The notes under the pieces: model-generated
The model's input: the letters and a program-made list of their open reading frames with translations, nothing else
Database searches by the model: none
Told to the model about the DNA's origin: nothing
Shown here: positions 8,314-11,523 of the stretch, in pieces
How the letters are laid out: each line of letters starts with the position of its first letter
Position numbering within the stretch: the stretch's first letter is position 1
Origin: Bdellovibrionota bacterium FG-2
Lineage (GTDB): Bacteria > Bdellovibrionota > UBA1018
Assembly (NCBI GenBank): GCA_051382305.1
Contig: JBBCAV010000294.1
Location: 1 to 11,523, forward strand
Direction of reading: 5' to 3'
Length of the DNA: 11,523 bases
Program-made: the position numbers and the translations under genes

Positions 8314-8356
8314 CTATACGCGTTGCCCGGACGCGTCCCCTGGAGGAATAATTACG

Positions 8357-8605
8357 ATGGCGATCACCAAACGTATTGAAAAGACTAAGGAATCACTAAT
8401 CAAGCTTCTCGAAATGCTGGAACAGGAAACGGTAGCGAGAGCACAGAAATTCGTAAAAAACGCGATTCCGAAGGACCGGGGCAAACTCGCCGACGAAAAA
8501 ATCCTAGCCGGACTTAAGAAGCTCGGAGTTGCCTCACAAAGCGAGATCAAAGCCATCAAGGATCGGCTTGACAAGATCGAGGAAAAGCTCGCGCCTAAAG
8601 AGTAA
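8357..8605 (+). CDS. Small helical coiled-coil protein, phasin (PhaF/PhaI)-like or UbiK/BMFP-like
   Basis: 82 aa, GGAGG RBS, fills the gap between divergent promoters and the dnaB end. C-terminus LKKLGVASQSEIKAIKDRLDKIEEKL resembles the LG(V/L)(A/P)(S/T)xxE(I/V)xxLxxRLDxLE motif of these families. The family assignment is tentative. Confidence 0.7.
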   Translation: MAITKRIEKTKESLIKLLEMLEQETVARAQKFVKNAIPKDRGKLADEKILAGLKKLGVASQSEIKAIKDRLDKIEEKLAPKE

Positions 8606-9998
8606 CGTCGCCCTTACCCGGACGCAACATCACGACGGGAGTGCCCGGAGCATCTTGCGCGAGGTTGCCAAAGAGCGTGTATTCAGGAATCCAAGCCAAC
8701 CTCACCGTAGCTGTCTCGCCCGCTCGATGTTTTGCGATGATAAACTCGGCTATTCCTCGATCTTCGGATTCTTTGTTGTAAACTTCATCGCGATAAATGA
8801 AAGCAACCAGATCTGCATCTTGCTCAATAGCGCCTGATTCTCGTAAATCAGAAAGCATCGGGCGTTTATTGGGCCGACTTTCAACACCACGATTTAACTG
8901 AGAGAGCGCAATGATCGGAACTCGGATTTCCTTGGCGAGGGATTTGAGATTCCGACTGATGGCCGAAATCTCCTGCTCCCGTGAACTATCCCCTTTTGAG
9001 GACCCCTTAGAGCCGCTCATCAGCTGAAGATAATCCACCACAATCAAATCTAATTTTTTTTCAGTCGAGAGCAAGCGCCTGCAACGTGCGCGAATATCCA
9101 TCACTGTCAAACTGCCTGAGTCATCAATAAAGATTTTCGATTTAGACAAGACATCGGCTGCCTGCGCAAGCCTGGGCCAATCGCGATCCATGAGCTTCCC
9201 GACCTTGAGGCGTTTCGCATCGATTTTGGCCAACCCCGAAAGAAAGCGAAATCCCAACTCTTCTTTGGACATTTCGAGGGAAAAAAATGCGACCACGGCC
9301 TTGGACGAAACTGCCATGTTCTGCACCGCAGACTGAACTAAGCTGGTTTTCCCCATCGCGGGCCGCGCCGCAATGATGACGAGCTGCCCGGGACGCAGTC
9401 CGCTCGTGAGATTATCAAAGTCGGCAAAACCAGTTGGAAGCCCAATGACGTCCGACTTCTTCTGAGCAAGCTCCTCAATTGCGTGCATGTTATCGACCAA
9501 AATCTCCTGCATACTTGCAAAAGATTTGGTGAGATGCGTATCCGCTACCGAAAATAATTTCCGTTCAGCATCATCCAAAAAGGCTTCAGTGTCCTCAACT
9601 CCGTCAAAGGCAGCGGCAGTAATTTCTCCTGCAACCCCAATGACCCGGCGAAGGAGCGCTTTTTCGCGAACTGTTTTTGCATAGTGAACAACGTTGCCCA
9701 CTGCAAACGTGTCTTCAAAAAGCGAAGTCAACGCGGAGCTCCCGCCAACCTGCTCGAACAAATTACGATCCTTGAGAGCCGTCGTAAGCGTTACTAAATC
9801 ACAAGGTTCTCCCCGCTCTGCAAGAGCAAGGAGTACTTCAAAAATACGCTGATGAGACTCGCGATAAAAGTCACGGGCTTCTATCCCAACCTCGAGAACG
9901 CGGTAAAGAGAGTCGTTTTGAAGCAGAACTGCGCCCAAGACCGAGCGTTCGGCTTCTTCATGGTGCGGCGGTACTCTGCCGACCCCTCCCCCGGACAC
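8595..9998 (-). CDS. dnaB: Replicative DNA helicase DnaB
   Basis: 467 aa from GTG: PPHHEEAERSVLGAVL, DFYRESHQRIF, Walker A IIAARPAMGKTS, FFSLEMS, Walker B IVVDYLQLM, LSQLNRGVE, DLRESGAIEQDAD, IAKHRAG. Normal length, no intein. Confidence 0.98.
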   Translation of the reverse strand: MSGGGVGRVPPHHEEAERSVLGAVLLQNDSLYRVLEVGIEARDFYRESHQRIFEVLLALAERGEPCDLVTLTTALKDRNLFEQVGGSSALTSLFEDTFAVGNVVHYAKTVREKALLRRVIGVAGEITAAAFDGVEDTEAFLDDAERKLFSVADTHLTKSFASMQEILVDNMHAIEELAQKKSDVIGLPTGFADFDNLTSGLRPGQLVIIAARPAMGKTSLVQSAVQNMAVSSKAVVAFFSLEMSKEELGFRFLSGLAKIDAKRLKVGKLMDRDWPRLAQAADVLSKSKIFIDDSGSLTVMDIRARCRRLLSTEKKLDLIVVDYLQLMSGSKGSSKGDSSREQEISAISRNLKSLAKEIRVPIIALSQLNRGVESRPNKRPMLSDLRESGAIEQDADLVAFIYRDEVYNKESEDRGIAEFIIAKHRAGETATVRLAWIPEYTLFGNLAQDAPGTPVVMLRPGKGDVTL

Positions 9999-10005
9999 TT
10001 AAAGA

Positions 10006-10449
10006 TTATTCCTTAACAACCCAAACTTTAACGGTAGCCGAAACATCTGTCTCAAGCTTCACGATCACGGGATGAACGCCTAAAGTCTTAATTGCTTTTT
10101 CAATCACGATGGAACGTTTATCAACAGCGAATCCAGCCTTATTTAGAACTTCAGCAATATCCGTATTGGTGACCGAGCCGAACAATTTATCATATTCGCC
10201 CACTTTACGCTGAATATTGCAAGAAAACTCATTGAGTTTATTCGCAAGCTCCTGTGCTGAGGCTCTTTGGGAAAGACGTTTCTTTTCCAAAGTCTTCTTA
10301 TGGTGCTCAATAACGGCGACATTGCCTTCATCTGCTGCAACCACTAAATTACGGGGGAGCAGAAAATTACGAGCGTAACCATCTTTTACTTTAACGACTT
10401 CACCAATTCTCCCAAGATTTGGGACGTTTTCACGCAAAATAACCAACAT
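10006..10449 (-). CDS. rplI: 50S ribosomal protein L9
   Basis: 147 aa: MLVILRENVPNLGRIGEVVKVKDGYARNFLLP, KLFGSVTNTDIAE, IKTLG; AAGGAG RBS at 10462-10457. Confidence 0.98.
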   Translation of the reverse strand: MLVILRENVPNLGRIGEVVKVKDGYARNFLLPRNLVVAADEGNVAVIEHHKKTLEKKRLSQRASAQELANKLNEFSCNIQRKVGEYDKLFGSVTNTDIAEVLNKAGFAVDKRSIVIEKAIKTLGVHPVIVKLETDVSATVKVWVVKE

Positions 10450-10491
10450 GACAGAACTCCTTTTTTAGAACTTCACTAATGCCGCGGCAAC

Positions 10492-11430
10492 CTACGATTG
10501 CCTGAATTTACCACGAAAGTCAAACCACAGGTCGAAAAATCCCAGACTCAAGAGAAGTGGCATCATCAAAAAAACAGCTACTGCCACTGCAAGCGCCCTC
10601 AGAGGACCCTTCACACTCCAAATATCTAACAAAAAACTCAAAATACTCAACCCATGCAAAGCATAGATAGCCATCAAAAACTTGAAAACATTAATTGCGA
10701 CGTCTGAAAACCACCCTAACTTCAACAACAATAACGCTCCACAAACAATCGTCGGCCAAATCAGAAACTCAGGCGCCTTCCACCGCTTAAAAAAATCAGG
10801 CGTAATCCCAAGTGATTCGCGCAATCCTCCCGGATTAAACCGCAACAAAGCGACCAAGTTGATCCACGCCAAAATAAGAGAAAACACTGCCAAAGCAGAA
10901 GGAAACTCGACCAACAAACTCGCCTTCCACTCTTCTTTATCCCCCACACCAAGCAGCGCACTATCTCCGGCGCCCCCCTTCATGATAGAATCGGTGACCA
11001 ACTCAACCAAGACCGAAGCCTGGTGCTGAATTTCAACCCAAGGCTTAACGTGATGAAGTCCTGAATAGGCCCCAACCGCTAGGACCGCAACGATCAACAA
11101 AGCTAACAACGAGCCACCCACAGCTTTCTCAATAGAAAGTTTGCGTGAAAGACACTCTGCCATCGCCATCGCAAGCGTCAGGACGAATATGATGTAGAGA
11201 AAAAAGCTAACCCATCCCGCAAGCAAGGCGACGAGCGATGCATTCACCAACGCCACTCCCCAAGCCCACTTCCGTCCCGAACGAAAAAAAACGAACAGAA
11301 TCGGAAGTGGAGCAAATAGGGAGAAAAACGCACTCAAAAAAAACAACGCACTTAATACAAAAGGAACTCCCTGTATCCAACGAGGAACGGCCCCTCGCGG
11401 CGAATCAGGGTTAGTTGCCCATCGAAACAT
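10492..11430 (-). CDS. DUF2232 (YybS-like) polytopic membrane protein
   Basis: 312 aa with many hydrophobic segments; motifs [36 protein letters not shown]; located between rpsR and rplI, the usual position for this family. Start uncertain (20 nt overlap with rpsR). Confidence 0.88.
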   Translation of the reverse strand: MFRWATNPDSPRGAVPRWIQGVPFVLSALFFLSAFFSLFAPLPILFVFFRSGRKWAWGVALVNASLVALLAGWVSFFLYIIFVLTLAMAMAECLSRKLSIEKAVGGSLLALLIVAVLAVGAYSGLHHVKPWVEIQHQASVLVELVTDSIMKGGAGDSALLGVGDKEEWKASLLVEFPSALAVFSLILAWINLVALLRFNPGGLRESLGITPDFFKRWKAPEFLIWPTIVCGALLLLKLGWFSDVAINVFKFLMAIYALHGLSILSFLLDIWSVKGPLRALAVAVAVFLMMPLLLSLGFFDLWFDFRGKFRQS

Positions 11431-11523
11431 AGCCGACCAAAGCCAAGTTACGAGCCCGCTTTACAGAAATCGTAAGTTTGCGCTGATGGTTAGCACAGTT
11501 CCCAGAAATGCGGCGAGGCCCAA
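11411..11523 (-). CDS. rpsR: 30S ribosomal protein S18, C-terminal part (5' end outside the window)
   Basis: Not in the ORF track; hand translation of 11521-11411 gives [36 protein letters not shown], matching the S18 pattern PRRxSGxCxxHQRxLxxxxKRARxxAL. Confidence 0.93.
   Translation of the reverse strand, partial: GPRRISGNCANHQRKLTISVKRARNLALVGYVSMGN

Noticed and set aside
8326-8625. 9-bp direct repeat CCCGGACGC (8326-8334 and 8617-8625) flanking the small gene, as a possible insertion target duplication
   Set aside because: A 9-mer match within a few hundred bases is near chance level; one copy is within dnaB coding sequence, and no transposase or integrase is present.
8314-8837. ORFs 8314-8574 (-) and 8529-8837 (+)
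   Set aside because: Shadows of the 82 aa gene and dnaB; the 82 aa ORF has the RBS and a protein-like sequence.
8595-9998. Possible intein in DnaB
   Set aside because: Length is normal and the motifs around the usual insertion sites (ARPAMGKT, RESGAIEQDAD) are uninterrupted.
10480-10489. Perfect palindrome TGCCGCGGCA between DUF2232 and rplI
   Set aside because: Too short for a stable hairpin with a loop and no U-tract on the coding strand; not supportable as a terminator or operator.
10682-11029. Plus-strand 115 aa Asn/Lys/Thr-rich ORF
   Set aside because: Typical antisense reading of the T-rich codons of a membrane protein gene (DUF2232).

Overview
Bacterial chromosomal window with almost all genes on the minus strand. 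Right to left: 3' end of rpsR (S18), a DUF2232/YybS-like membrane protein, rplI (L9), dnaB, a small convergent plus-strand phasin-like gene, a divergent promoter region, a very large (~1485 aa) uncharacterised helical lipoprotein, and a MoxR/Bat-type cluster (MoxR AAA+ ATPase, DUF58, BatD/DUF4381-like membrane protein, BatA-like VWA protein running off the left edge). The rpsR-DUF2232-rplI-dnaB order without gdpP suggests a deltaproteobacteria-like or Bdellovibrionota-like host (inference only). The most interesting element is the giant lipoprotein: by eye it consists of two diverged homologous halves, each opened by a Cys pair, with about 290 extra residues in the second half, and it lies directly upstream of the MoxR-VWA cluster. 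No RNA genes, CRISPR arrays or mobile elements were seen.
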